Source: an uncultured Verrucomicrobiota bacterium
GTDB taxonomy: Bacteria; Verrucomicrobiota; Kiritimatiellia; PWTM01
DNA length: 64,000 nt
Direction: 5' to 3'
NCBI GenBank assembly: GCA_964386675.1
Contig: CAYLTB010000001.1
Location: forward strand, 2,353-66,352
Part shown: positions 18,904 through 29,045 of the stretch, piece after piece
Position numbering within the stretch: the first letter of the stretch is position 1
Layout of the letters: every line of letters begins with the position of its first letter
Translations under genes and position numbers: made by a program
Notes under the pieces: model-generated
What the model saw: the letters and a program-made list of their open reading frames with translations, nothing else
Databases searched by the model: none
What the model was told of the DNA's origin: nothing

Positions 18904-19848
18904 ATGAAGATGACCCGTTGGCTGGCCGCGGCGGTTGCCGCGTTGCCCTTGGCGCGCGCCGGGGCCGGACCGATCGAACCCAAGCGTGTCCCCGAGAACG
19001 CGGTCTGGGTCGTGCATCTCGACGTGGAACGGCTGAAACAGACCGAGGTCGGCAAGTTCCTGATGGAGCAACTGAAGACGCCCGACGCGGAGCGCCAGCT
19101 CGCCGCCGCGCGCACGGTGTTCGATTTCGATCCGCGCGAGAACCTGCTGACGATGACGCTTTTCGGCAACGACTTCAAAAACCCCGCCGTCGTTGCATTG
19201 GTGCAGGGCAAATTCGACGCCGAACGGCTCGCGACCCTCGCGGGCGGACAACCCAACTATCTGCAGAGCGACTACGCGGGCAGCATTGTGCATCAGTGGG
19301 ACGACCGCAACAACGGCCGGACCATGTTCGCCGCCTTTCCCGCCGAGGGATGGATCGCGGCGGGGTCCGACGGGGAAGCGCTGAAGGCGGCGCTGGACGT
19401 CCTGGGCGCGCGAAAGCCTTCCATGGCGGGCAAGGCCGGATCGTTCCTGCCCGCGCCGTCGAATAACCTGCCGATGCTGACGATCGCGCTTTCGCTGGCG
19501 AACGCCGAGTTGGGCGCCGACGCGCCGCCCGCCGTCAAGGAGGCGCGGTCTGGAGCGCTGACGATCACGGAACTGGCCGGCGAAGTGAGTCTGGACGTCG
19601 CGGTCGAGTTCGCCAACGTCGAGCGGGCCGCCCAGGTGCGAGACCTGGCGGCGGGTTTCGTTGCAATGGCAGCGATGAACGCGCAGGAGAATCCGGAACT
19701 GGCGGAGCTGGCCCAGAAAGCGCAGATCACACTCGATGGCGCGACGGCGCGCCTGCGGCTGCGGATGCCGGCCGCCAAGCTGCGGGAAGCGGTGTTGAAG
19801 ACTATGCAGGAGCAAGCGCCGGCGCCCGCGCCGGCACCGGACCGCTGA
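18904..19848 (+). CDS. secreted hypothetical protein
   Basis: A signal peptide (MKMTRWLAAAVAALPLARAGAG) is followed by 314 aa with no recognised family and a C-terminal (AP)n tail. Confidence 0.5.
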   Translation: MKMTRWLAAAVAALPLARAGAGPIEPKRVPENAVWVVHLDVERLKQTEVGKFLMEQLKTPDAERQLAAARTVFDFDPRENLLTMTLFGNDFKNPAVVALVQGKFDAERLATLAGGQPNYLQSDYAGSIVHQWDDRNNGRTMFAAFPAEGWIAAGSDGEALKAALDVLGARKPSMAGKAGSFLPAPSNNLPMLTIALSLANAELGADAPPAVKEARSGALTITELAGEVSLDVAVEFANVERAAQVRDLAAGFVAMAAMNAQENPELAELAQKAQITLDGATARLRLRMPAAKLREAVLKTMQEQAPAPAPAPDR

Positions 19849-20288
19849 CGCTTTCGCCATTGCCAGACAGGCCGGGATACCGGCAGCCCCGTAGGTCCGG
19901 CGGCCGGTGCCGCTTGCGCGGCCGGCCGCGGTATTCCCGGCGTGCGCGCGGCGGATGGAGCCCGGATGTCAGTTGCGTCGGTCGCTCTCCAGGCGTCCGC
20001 TCCACGGCCGCGGCGCGTCCGTCCTTCCAACGCCACCGCCCGGCGCAGACGCCTTCCTTCCTGAAGGGCCGGCGGGATCCGCGCACCGTACCGCGAGGGG
20101 AATCGCCCTGCAATGGGGCGCGTCGCCGCGCGGCGTTCGCTAACCGTTTGCTCATGCAACCTGAATAGAACGCCAACACGTTGCGCATATGTTCACCGAA
20201 GCGCTGACCGGGGCCGCACGCGCGAACGGAATGCCGGCGCCGGTTCGGTGAGACACGCAGGGGGAATGTCCCCGGAAAGGAATGCAGA

Positions 20289-21272
20289 ATGCGCAACGCA
20301 ACAAAGACGGTGCTTGCGGCCGCCGTGACTTTCGCGGCCGCCGTCGCACGCGGAGAAGGCAAAGTGGATCCGAGATTGCCGGAATACAAACCCGCACAGG
20401 GCGTTTCCGGCGCCATCAAGAGCGTCGGATCGGACACCATGAACAACTTGATGACGCTCTGGGCCGAGGGGTTCATGGCCTTCTATCCGAACGTGCAGAT
20501 CGAGATCGAAGGAAAAGGCTCTTCGACCGCGCCGCCCGCGTTGATCGCCGGGACGGCCCAGTTCGGCCCGATGAGCCGGATGATGAAGGCCAAGGAAATC
20601 GAGGACTTCGAGAAGAAGTATGGCTACCCGCCGACGGAACTGCGGACGGGGGTGGACGTGTTGGCGGTCTACGTCAACAAGGACAACCCGATCAAGGGAC
20701 TCACGCTCCCACAGGTGGACGCCATCTTCAGCTCGACGCGCCGGGGCGGGTGGACCGCGGATATCCGGACCTGGGGTGATGCGGGACTGGACGGCGCCTG
20801 GGCGACCCGTCCGATCAGCCTCTACGGCCGCAACGCGGCCTCCGGCACATACGGCTTCTTTAAGGACCATGCCCTGTTCGGCGGCGACTTCCGGGATTCG
20901 GTGAAGGAGCAACCCGGCAGCGCTTCCGTGGTGCAGGGAGTGGCGAGCGAACTCGCCGGCATCGGGTACAGCGGGATCGGTTACCGGACGGCCGACGTCC
21001 GACCCGTGCCGCTGGCCAGGGACGCCGGCAGTCCGTACTTCGAGGCCAATGCGGAAAACGCCTATAACGGCAACTATCCGCTCGCGCGGTTCCTTTACGT
21101 TTATATCAACGTGAAACCCGGCGAGGTGCTCGACCCGTTGCGCCGCGAGTTCGTCCGGTACATCTTCAGCCGCCAAGGGCAGGAAGACGTCATCCGCGAC
21201 GGTTACCTCCCGATCGACGCCACTGTTGCCCGTGAGATGCTGAAGGCCATTGGCATCCAAGCGGAGTTCTAA
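20289..21272 (+). CDS. pstS: phosphate ABC transporter substrate-binding protein PstS
   Basis: A signal peptide precedes SGAIKSVGSDTMNNLMTLWAEGFMAFYPNVQIEIEGKGSSTAPPALIAGTAQFGPMSR, a PstS/PBP-type phosphate-binding fold. It is the first gene of pstSCAB. Confidence 0.85.
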   Translation: MRNATKTVLAAAVTFAAAVARGEGKVDPRLPEYKPAQGVSGAIKSVGSDTMNNLMTLWAEGFMAFYPNVQIEIEGKGSSTAPPALIAGTAQFGPMSRMMKAKEIEDFEKKYGYPPTELRTGVDVLAVYVNKDNPIKGLTLPQVDAIFSSTRRGGWTADIRTWGDAGLDGAWATRPISLYGRNAASGTYGFFKDHALFGGDFRDSVKEQPGSASVVQGVASELAGIGYSGIGYRTADVRPVPLARDAGSPYFEANAENAYNGNYPLARFLYVYINVKPGEVLDPLRREFVRYIFSRQGQEDVIRDGYLPIDATVAREMLKAIGIQAEF

Positions 21273-21296
21273 CCTCGAATCCTGGGAGCCAGAAAA

Positions 21297-21626
21297 ATGA
21301 ACCGTTCATGGATTCTTTCCGTGATGGCGGCTGCCGCCGCGGCGGCATTTGCCGCGACGCCCGAGACCCCGCCGGTCCCGCCCGCTACACCCGCCACGCC
21401 AGACGCGCCGGCCGCGAAGAAGAACTATGACAAGCCGGGTTTCGCGACCGCGCTGGACAAGCACGGCCGGTTGTGGGTCTTTCGAGCCGACTCGAAGGAA
21501 TGGGCCGAGTTTCGGGAGAAGGGCGAGCCGGCCAAGCAGGTGGTCCGCCCGCGGTCCGGACCGGACGGACTGACACTGAAGGCGCCCGACGCCGAAACGC
21601 TTGACGCCTATCTGGCGGCCGAATAG
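21297..21626 (+). CDS. small secreted Pro-rich hypothetical protein
   Basis: A 109-aa protein with a signal peptide (MNRSWILSVMAAAAAAAFA) and a PVPPATPATPDAP stretch, lying between pstS and pstC. Confidence 0.4.
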   Translation: MNRSWILSVMAAAAAAAFAATPETPPVPPATPATPDAPAAKKNYDKPGFATALDKHGRLWVFRADSKEWAEFREKGEPAKQVVRPRSGPDGLTLKAPDAETLDAYLAAE

Positions 21627-21745
21627 TCGGTCAGCTTCGGACAAAAGAAAACGCGCGCCGCGGGCGCGCGGGCCCGCGGCCCGCGCGCACCGCGGCTGTC
21701 AAACAGCGAGACGCAAAGGGCCGGGGGGAATCGGCGGCGAAGGCC

Positions 21746-24349
21746 ATGGAAACGCAGGCGCAGAAGTCGTTCACAGGACGCACCCGGGACCGGCGCACCC
21801 GGCCGATCGTCAAGGTCATGGACCGGGTGGCCCGTGGATTCATCGCCTTCGGCGGCATCAGCACGATCGTCGCCGTGGCTACGGTGTGCGTTTTCCTGGT
21901 TGCAGTGGTCGTTCCGCTGTTTCGGCCGTCTCGCGTGGCCGAAGCCGGCTTCGCCGTCCTCGATTTCGTGCACGCGCGCACGCCGGCCCGCCTGGCCGTC
22001 GACGAATACGGCGTCCTGGCATGGATTGCATTCCGCGACGGCGGACTGGTGGCCTTCGAACTCGAAACCGGCAAGCCGTTGGGGGACGAGGTGCGCCCGT
22101 TCGGCGACGCGGCGCCCACGGCGTGGAGCTTCAATATCGAGGGAGCCGATTTTTGCGTCGGATTCGACGACGGCACCGTTCGTCTCGGCGCGGCGGAGGT
22201 GCAGGTGGATTTCATCAGCGAGGCGCAGGCGCCGCCGTCGGTGCGGGACACGCCGATCGGTGGGCGCGCGCGCCACGGGGATGCGGTGTATGTGCACACC
22301 CAGCCGGGCCAGTTTCGCCGGCACAGCTTCCGCGTCGGCCTGCGTCCGCCGCTCGCCGTGGGCGCGGACCCCATCCGCCAGGTGGGCCACACAACGCGGT
22401 CCGACGGTTCCATCGTCGCGGTGCTCTCGGGCGAGACGCTGACCGTCAACCACGTGACGGAAATCCGGAACCTGTTGACCGGCGAGTCCACGTCCCGCGC
22501 GCGCCGGACGGATGTTCCGTATGCACTGCAGCCCGAGCATGGCGAGCCGTCGCACCTGCTGCTTTCGCGCCTGGGCGACCAGTTGTACGTCGTCTGGGAG
22601 GACGGTTACGCGCGCCGCTACGACACGCGGGATACGGCCCGGCCGAGCTTTGCCCAGGAATTGCGGATGACGGACGCACCGGGGGAGCGCCTCACAGCGC
22701 TCGGTTTTCTGCTGGGCCGGACCACGCTGCTCTCGGGCGACTCCGAAGGCCGGGTCCGCGCTTGGTTCACCGTGCCGGACGCGCAGTCTCCGGACGGGCT
22801 CCGCCTTGCCCGGACGCGGGACTACAGCAGCGGCCGCGCCGCTGTGGAATCGCTGGCAACGTCGCCCCGGTCGCGGATTGCGGCGGTCGGCTACCGGGAT
22901 GGGCGCGTCGCGTTGTTCCAGGTCACGGCCGATTACCGGATGGCCGAAGGCCGGCTGCCGGGAGGCGCTCCGGCGCTCGCCGTCGCAACCGGCGCGCGCG
23001 GCGACCGGTTTTGCGCGGTCGGCGGTGGCGAATGCCGGACCTGGTCGATTCGCGCCGGGCACCCCGAGATCACCGCGCGCACCCTGTTCGCGCCGGTCTG
23101 GTACGAAGGCTATGCCGAGCCGCGCCATATGTGGCAATCCTCCGCGGGCGTGGATTCGTTCGAGCCGAAGTACGGCATCGTGCCGTTGATCTTCGGGACG
23201 CTCAAGGCGACCTTCTACTCCATGCTTTTCGGCCTGCCGGTCGCGCTGCTCGCCGCCATCTTCACCAGCGAGTTCATGCATCCGCGGGTCAAGATGCGCG
23301 TCAAGCCGGTGATCGAAACGATGGCCAGCCTTCCCAGCGTCGTGCTCGGTTTTCTCTCCGCGCTGGTCATCGCGCCGTGGGCGGAGTTCCGCCTGCCGCA
23401 AGTGCTGACGGCCTTCGCGCTCGTTCCGGCGACCTTCCTGCTGGGCGCCTTCCTGTGGCAACTGCTGCCCCGCGGCTGGGCGCTCCGGCTGGCCCGATGG
23501 CGGATCGTCTTCATGGCCCTGGCGCTGCCCGCGGGCGTCGCGGCGGCGGCCCGGCTGGGGCCGCGGGTCGAGCGCGCGCTGTTCGCCGGCGACATCATGC
23601 GGTGGCTGGACGGCCAGATCGGCGACGGATCGGGCGGGTGGATCGTCCTGCTGTTGCCCCTCGTTGCGGTATCCATCGCCGCGCTGCTGCACGGGCTGGG
23701 CGGGCCGTTCCTGCGCCGGCGCACCGCCCGCTGGACACGGGGCCAGGTCGCGGGGTTCGATCTGGTGCGTTTCGCGGTCGGGGTCCTGCTGACGCTGGGC
23801 GTCGTCGCGCTGCTCGCGCGCGGTCTGACCGCGCTCGGCCTCGATCCGCGCGGCGCGTCGCCCCGGCATTTCCTCGGCACCTACGTGCAGCGCAACGCGC
23901 TCGTCGTCGGCTTCGTCATGGGATTCGCGGTGATACCGATCATCTACACGATCAGTGAAGATGCGTTGAGCGCCGTGCCCGAGCACCTGCGGTCCGCGTC
24001 GCTCGGCGCCGGCGCCACGCCGTGGCAAACGGCGATCCGCATCGTTATTCCTACCGCGACCAGCGGGTTGTTTTCCGCCGCGATGATCGGCCTCGGGCGA
24101 GCGGTCGGCGAGACGATGATCGTGCTGATGGCCGCCGGCAACACGCCGCTGCTGCAGATGAACCTGTTCAACGGATTCCGGACGCTGGCCGCGAACATCG
24201 CCGTCGAACTCTCGGAGGCGCCGGTCGGCGGCACGCACTATCGGACCCTCTTTCTCACGGCGCTGGTGCTCTTCGCCCTGACGTTCGTACTCAATACGGC
24301 GGCGGAACGCGTTCGCGTCCGTTTTCGCAAGAGGGCCTTCAAGTTGTGA
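21746..24349 (+). CDS. pstC: phosphate ABC transporter permease PstC with long N-terminal periplasmic extension
   Basis: The C-terminal ~330 aa contain the ABC permease EAA-like region (EHLRSASLGAGATPWQTAIRIVIPTATSGLFSAAMIGLGRAVGETMIVLMAAGN). The N-terminal ~470 aa are one TM helix plus a beta-rich domain with WD40-like DG(R/T)V(A/R)L repeats. Confidence 0.75.
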   Translation: METQAQKSFTGRTRDRRTRPIVKVMDRVARGFIAFGGISTIVAVATVCVFLVAVVVPLFRPSRVAEAGFAVLDFVHARTPARLAVDEYGVLAWIAFRDGGLVAFELETGKPLGDEVRPFGDAAPTAWSFNIEGADFCVGFDDGTVRLGAAEVQVDFISEAQAPPSVRDTPIGGRARHGDAVYVHTQPGQFRRHSFRVGLRPPLAVGADPIRQVGHTTRSDGSIVAVLSGETLTVNHVTEIRNLLTGESTSRARRTDVPYALQPEHGEPSHLLLSRLGDQLYVVWEDGYARRYDTRDTARPSFAQELRMTDAPGERLTALGFLLGRTTLLSGDSEGRVRAWFTVPDAQSPDGLRLARTRDYSSGRAAVESLATSPRSRIAAVGYRDGRVALFQVTADYRMAEGRLPGGAPALAVATGARGDRFCAVGGGECRTWSIRAGHPEITARTLFAPVWYEGYAEPRHMWQSSAGVDSFEPKYGIVPLIFGTLKATFYSMLFGLPVALLAAIFTSEFMHPRVKMRVKPVIETMASLPSVVLGFLSALVIAPWAEFRLPQVLTAFALVPATFLLGAFLWQLLPRGWALRLARWRIVFMALALPAGVAAAARLGPRVERALFAGDIMRWLDGQIGDGSGGWIVLLLPLVAVSIAALLHGLGGPFLRRRTARWTRGQVAGFDLVRFAVGVLLTLGVVALLARGLTALGLDPRGASPRHFLGTYVQRNALVVGFVMGFAVIPIIYTISEDALSAVPEHLRSASLGAGATPWQTAIRIVIPTATSGLFSAAMIGLGRAVGETMIVLMAAGNTPLLQMNLFNGFRTLAANIAVELSEAPVGGTHYRTLFLTALVLFALTFVLNTAAERVRVRFRKRAFKL

Positions 24350-26307
24350 ATACCACGGTGGATGCCCGGTCGGAGTCCGGCCGCCGCCTCAGTCGCGACA
24401 GCGTCGCGCTGCTCGCCCACGGCGAGCCGGCCGTGTGGCTGATGGGCGGCGGGCTGGTGCTGGCGTTGGCGATGATCCTGGGCCTGCTGGTCTTCGTCTT
24501 CTATCAGGGCGTTTCTACGCTCTGGCCGCGCCGGGTCGAGCGCATCACGCTGCGGGACGGCCGCGTTCACATGGGCGAAGTGACGCGCGACGACCGCTAT
24601 CGCCCGTCCGAGAACGTACTGGCGTCGCTGCCGGAGGCGGTCGCCGCCGCCGCTCGCGCCGAGCTGGCCGCCGCCGACGGATGGGCCCACCGGCGGCTGC
24701 TGCGCACCGGCAACTACGAGCTCACCGGTGAACACTTCCAGTGGATCAGCGATTACCAGATCGCCGCCGAGGAATATCCGCCGTGGGCGGTGGTCCTGGA
24801 GCGCATGACCTGGGGTCGGTTCTATGGCATGCCCGTGGGTTTCCAGGTGCTGCATTACCCCGATGAGTTCGGCGACCAGCCCGATCTCGCCGAGCGCCGC
24901 CGGCTCCGTCGAACGCAGGCGCTGCAGATCGCCCGCGAGCTCGGGGCCGACCCGGCGCGCCGCGTACTGATCCAGACCGGCCCGCGGATGGTGGCGCCGG
25001 AGGAGCTGCCGGAGAACGCGATGGTCACGGCCGTCGTCGAAGTCTGGGAGGGGGCGGAATCGGCGTGGGACCAGTTCCTCCGCTGGCACGCCGGCGTGCG
25101 CGAACGCTGGCGCCAGCGGCGGTCGCTGGAGAAGTTCGAAATCGGGCGTATCAACCAGCGCAAGGAGATCGGCCGCCGCCGCCTGCGCGCCGTCGAATTG
25201 CGCCTGGAGCGAATGTTGGCTGCCGCCGGTCCCGACGCCCCCGCCGTTGCGCGAGTCCGCGCCGACCTCGAGCAGGAGCGCGAGGCCTTCGGCCGCCTGG
25301 ACCGCGCCACGGAAGAGGAATTCATCCGCGTCCGCGCCCGGATCGCGGCGCTGAACCGTGAAAACAGCCGCTTCCGGCTGGTGATGGCCACCGCGGACGG
25401 CGCCTCCAAGACCATCGAGCTGGCGGAGATCGTTCGGGGTTATCCGGCCAACCGGCTCACGTTCGCCCAGCGACTGGCCTTGTACGGATCGCGGTGGCGC
25501 GAGTTTCTGCTCGACGACCCCCGCGAGGCCAACATGGAGGGCGGTGTGTTCCCGGCGATCTTCGGCACGGTCGTCATGACGCTCGTCATGAGCCTGGTAG
25601 TCGTTCCCTTCGGCGTGCTGGCGGCGCTGTACCTGCGGGAGTACGCCAAGGCCGGCCCGCTCATTTCCGCCGTGCGGATCGCCGTCAACAACCTGGCGGG
25701 CGTTCCCTCGATCGTGTTCGGCGTCTTCGGGCTGGGCTTTTTCTGCTATTTTGTCGGCGGTCACGTTGACCAGTGGTTCTTCGCGTCGAAGCTGCCCAGT
25801 CCCACCTATGGCACGGGCGGTATCCTGTGGGCGTCGCTCACGCTGGCGCTGATGACCCTGCCGGTGGTGATCGTCGCCACCGAGGAGGCGCTCGCGGCCG
25901 TGCCGGGCTCCATGCGGGAGGGGTCCTATGCCTGCGGCGCGAGCAAATGGCAGACGATCCGCCGCATCGTGCTGCCGCGCGCGATGCCCGGCATCATGAC
26001 GGGCATGATCCTGGCCATGGCGCGCGGCGCCGGCGAGGTGGCCCCGCTGATGCTGGTCGGCGCCGTGAAAATGGCGCCGGAACTCCCGGTGGACAGCGTC
26101 TTTCCCTACCTGCATCCCGAGCGCAGCTTCATGCACCTCGGATTCCATATTTACGACCTGGGTTTTCAGAGCCAGAACAGCGAGGCGGCCAAGCCGATGG
26201 TGTTCACGACCACGCTGCTGCTGATCGCCATCATTGCCGCGTTGAATGTCGCCGCCGTCGTCATCCGCACGCGGTTGCGGCGGCGCTTCCATTCGGGAAC
26301 CTTCTAA
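24346..26307 (+). CDS. pstA: phosphate ABC transporter permease PstA with long N-terminal extension
   Basis: The GTG start overlaps the pstC stop (GTGA). The C-terminal [50 protein letters not shown] is the PstA signature. The N-terminus is one TM helix plus a ~380-aa charged coiled-coil region. Confidence 0.75.
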   Translation: MNTTVDARSESGRRLSRDSVALLAHGEPAVWLMGGGLVLALAMILGLLVFVFYQGVSTLWPRRVERITLRDGRVHMGEVTRDDRYRPSENVLASLPEAVAAAARAELAAADGWAHRRLLRTGNYELTGEHFQWISDYQIAAEEYPPWAVVLERMTWGRFYGMPVGFQVLHYPDEFGDQPDLAERRRLRRTQALQIARELGADPARRVLIQTGPRMVAPEELPENAMVTAVVEVWEGAESAWDQFLRWHAGVRERWRQRRSLEKFEIGRINQRKEIGRRRLRAVELRLERMLAAAGPDAPAVARVRADLEQEREAFGRLDRATEEEFIRVRARIAALNRENSRFRLVMATADGASKTIELAEIVRGYPANRLTFAQRLALYGSRWREFLLDDPREANMEGGVFPAIFGTVVMTLVMSLVVVPFGVLAALYLREYAKAGPLISAVRIAVNNLAGVPSIVFGVFGLGFFCYFVGGHVDQWFFASKLPSPTYGTGGILWASLTLALMTLPVVIVATEEALAAVPGSMREGSYACGASKWQTIRRIVLPRAMPGIMTGMILAMARGAGEVAPLMLVGAVKMAPELPVDSVFPYLHPERSFMHLGFHIYDLGFQSQNSEAAKPMVFTTTLLLIAIIAALNVAAVVIRTRLRRRFHSGTF

Positions 26308-26323
26308 CGAGCACGAGGACACC

Positions 26324-27211
26324 ATGAACGTTGCCATCGCCGATCCTGCCGGGCTGGAGCGCGGAGCCCATTCCGGACGCAATGGCGCCGGGCGGTTGGC
26401 CGCCGTTGCCCGGGGCGAAGCCGTCCCGGCCGAAGTCCACGACGAACTCCACAACGAGCGGCCCGTGCTCGAAATCGAGCGCTTCAACCTCTGGTACGGC
26501 GAGGCGCAGGCGCTCTTTGACCTCTCGATGAATGTGCCGCGCGGCAAAGTGACCGCGCTCATCGGCCCCTCCGGCTGCGGCAAATCCACGCTGCTGCGTT
26601 CCGTCAACCGGTTGAATGACCTGGTGGACGGCGTCCGCATCGAAGGCTCGATGCGGCTGTTGGGACGGGAAATCTACGACCGCGCCGTGGACGCCATCGA
26701 GCTGCGCAAACGCATGGGAATGGTATTTCAGAAATCGAATCCCTTTCCGATGAGCATTTTCGAAAACGTCGTCTATCCGCTGCGGATTGACGGCGAGCGC
26801 AACCGCGCCGTGCTCCAGGAGGTCTGCGAGCGGAGCCTCCGTGGCGCGGCGCTCTGGGACGAGGTCAAAGACCGCCTCCACGAGAGCGCGCTGGGTCTTT
26901 CGGGCGGCCAGCAGCAGCGCCTGTGCATCGCGCGCGCCATCGCCGCGGAGCCCGAGGTGCTGTTGATGGACGAACCCTGCTCCGCGCTGGATCCGATCGC
27001 GACGAACAAAATCGAGGACCTGATAGACCAGTTGCGGGGCGAGTACACCATCCTCATCGTCACCCACAACATGCAGCAGGCGGCCCGCACCAGCGACTAC
27101 ACGGCGTTCATGTACCTGGGGCGGCTGATCGAATACGGCCCTACCGAGAGGATTTTCCAGAAGCCCCGGTTGATCGAAACCTACGATTACGTGACCGGCC
27201 GGTTTGGTTGA
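26324..27211 (+). CDS. pstB: phosphate ABC transporter ATP-binding protein PstB
   Basis: Walker A (GPSGCGKST), ABC signature ([16 protein letters not shown]), Walker B ([11 protein letters not shown]) and the C-terminus typical of PstB are present. The ATG at 26324 is in frame with ORF 26246..27211. Confidence 0.88.
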   Translation: MNVAIADPAGLERGAHSGRNGAGRLAAVARGEAVPAEVHDELHNERPVLEIERFNLWYGEAQALFDLSMNVPRGKVTALIGPSGCGKSTLLRSVNRLNDLVDGVRIEGSMRLLGREIYDRAVDAIELRKRMGMVFQKSNPFPMSIFENVVYPLRIDGERNRAVLQEVCERSLRGAALWDEVKDRLHESALGLSGGQQQRLCIARAIAAEPEVLLMDEPCSALDPIATNKIEDLIDQLRGEYTILIVTHNMQQAARTSDYTAFMYLGRLIEYGPTERIFQKPRLIETYDYVTGRFG

Positions 27212-27284
27212 CGGCGCATTTCGCCTGTGCCATAGTGTACCGGTGGCGGCGGCCGAATACGCGGTCCGCCGCCGGGGAAATCTT

Positions 27285-28307
27285 ATGAACATAATCGGTC
27301 GGTGGCTGCGTCGGGGTTCGGCTTGGGCGGGCGTATGGGCGGCGGCCGCGGTGGCGCAAACGCCTGCCGCCCCTTTCCAGGCCCCGCGGGATCTTTTCAC
27401 GCCGGCGCCGAAACCGGATGCCGTGGTCGCTAAAGTCAATGGAACGGCCATTCTCCAGAAGGATGTGGCGCGCGAGGCGGATCGGGCATTCCAGCAGATC
27501 GCGTCGCAGGTGCCGCCCGAACAGGCGGCGGCGGCGCGGCGCCAGCTGGCGCAGCGGGCGCTGGAGGGGCTGATCATCCGGCACCTGTTGCTGATCGGCG
27601 CCGACCAGAAGAAGATCGAGGTGACCCCGGAGGAGATGGCCCAGGTCAAACAGCAGATTCAATCGCAACTTCCGCCGGGACAGACGCTCGATACCCTGCT
27701 CAAGGTCCAGAACGTTACGCCGGAGGAGTTCGAGGTGAACCTGAAACGCGACCTGCGCGTGCAGAAACTGATCGCCTCCATCGCCGAGCCGGTTCCGCCG
27801 CCGACCGCAGAGCAGATTCAGGAATTCTACCAGCAGAACGAGGCGCAGATGCTGGTGCCCGATCAGGTGCGCGCCCGCCACGTGCTCGTCCGGTCCCCGG
27901 AGTCTGATCCGCAGGCGCTGCGCGCGGACAAAAAGGCCAAGGCGGAGGAACTGCGCAAGAAGCTGGTGGCCGGGGCGGATTTCGCCGCGATCGTCCGCGA
28001 GCATTCCGAGGATCCGGGCAGCGCACAGCGCGGGGGCGAGTATGTGTTCGGCCGGGGCCAGATGGTACCCCCGTTCGAACAAGCGGCCTTCACACAGGAA
28101 ATCAATGCCATCGGACCGGTGGTGGAAACCGCTTACGGCTATCATATCATCCAGGTGCTGGAGCGTCGCGAAGCGCATAAGCAGACCCTGGAAGAGGCTT
28201 CCCCGCGGATCGCCCAGTTCCTGCAGAACCGCGACCGCCAGCGGCTGGTCGAGCAATATATCGAGTCGCTCCGCAAGGAAGCGAAGATCGAAACCCTGAA
28301 TCCTTGA
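27285..28307 (+). CDS. SurA/PrsA-like peptidyl-prolyl cis-trans isomerase (parvulin domain)
   Basis: A signal-like N-terminus (MNIIGRWLRRGSAWAGVWAAAAVAQ) is followed by a SurA-like chaperone region. A parvulin rotamase domain is present (HVLVRSPESD...GGEYVFGRGQMVPPFEQAAFTQEINAIGPVVETAYGYHIIQVLERRE). Confidence 0.75.
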   Translation: MNIIGRWLRRGSAWAGVWAAAAVAQTPAAPFQAPRDLFTPAPKPDAVVAKVNGTAILQKDVAREADRAFQQIASQVPPEQAAAARRQLAQRALEGLIIRHLLLIGADQKKIEVTPEEMAQVKQQIQSQLPPGQTLDTLLKVQNVTPEEFEVNLKRDLRVQKLIASIAEPVPPPTAEQIQEFYQQNEAQMLVPDQVRARHVLVRSPESDPQALRADKKAKAEELRKKLVAGADFAAIVREHSEDPGSAQRGGEYVFGRGQMVPPFEQAAFTQEINAIGPVVETAYGYHIIQVLERREAHKQTLEEASPRIAQFLQNRDRQRLVEQYIESLRKEAKIETLNP

Positions 28308-28349
28308 TGCGGCTCGCCCGCGCCCGCTCGGCCGCCGGCGCGCGACGAA

Positions 28350-29045
28350 TCAACCGTGCCGCCGCCATTGGCGGAGCATGCGGAAAAAACGGATCGTGTC
28401 GCGCAGCGGGCGGATTTTACTTTTCTCGTCGCGGTAGATCGTGCGGATGCGGACGGCGCCGATCCGGATGCCGCGCGCTGCCAGCAGCAGCAGGACCTCT
28501 GAATCGGAGTCGAACCGGTTCGACCGGCCGACCATAAAGGGCGTCACCGAGCAGGCGAACAGCCGGTAGCCGCACTGCGTATCGGGCACGTACTGGTTCA
28601 TTTCACGGCTGAGGAGCGCGCTCATGAACCGGTTGGTCAGGCGGCGGAGGAGGGGCATGCCGGCGGGATCGAACATCCGGTTGCCGATCAACACCGGCAG
28701 GCCGGTGCGTCGGTAGGCCTCGACGAATTTGGGGATCTCCGACGGATCATGCTGCCCGTCGGCGTCGAGGCAGACGACGGCTTCGCCGCCGTTCTGTCGG
28801 ACAAACTCGAAGCCGGTCCGTTGTGCGGCGCCCTTGCCCCGGTTGCGCTCGTGGCGCAGCACGGTGGCGCCGGCCGCCGCCGCGGCGGCAGCGGTCCCGT
28901 CGGGGGAGCCGTCGTCCACCACCACGACCGGGAAGCCGTGCTGCCGGGCGGCGGCCACCACGGCGCCGATCCGGCGCTCCTCCCGGTAGGCGGGAATCAC
29001 GATCCAGATGCCGGATCCGCCGGCGGATTTGCTCAACGTAGTCAT
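28350..29045 (-). CDS. glycosyltransferase family 2 (polyprenyl-phosphate sugar transferase-like)
   Basis: IWIVIPAYREERRIGAVVAAARQHGFPVVVVDDGSPDGTAAAA...LRHERNRGKGAAQRTGFEF is the GT2 (DPM1-like) signature. The ATG at 29045 overlaps the upstream stop (ATGA). An alternative start lies at 29087. Confidence 0.8.
   Translation of the reverse strand: MTTLSKSAGGSGIWIVIPAYREERRIGAVVAAARQHGFPVVVVDDGSPDGTAAAAAAAGATVLRHERNRGKGAAQRTGFEFVRQNGGEAVVCLDADGQHDPSEIPKFVEAYRRTGLPVLIGNRMFDPAGMPLLRRLTNRFMSALLSREMNQYVPDTQCGYRLFACSVTPFMVGRSNRFDSDSEVLLLLAARGIRIGAVRIRTIYRDEKSKIRPLRDTIRFFRMLRQWRRHG

Noticed and set aside
27212-27284. imperfect hairpin GGCGGCGGCC-gaatacgc-GGTCCGCCGCC after pstB
   Set aside because: The stem has mismatches and there is no U-tract. 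It may be incidental GC-rich sequence, and the PPIase gene follows within 70 nt and is probably co-transcribed.
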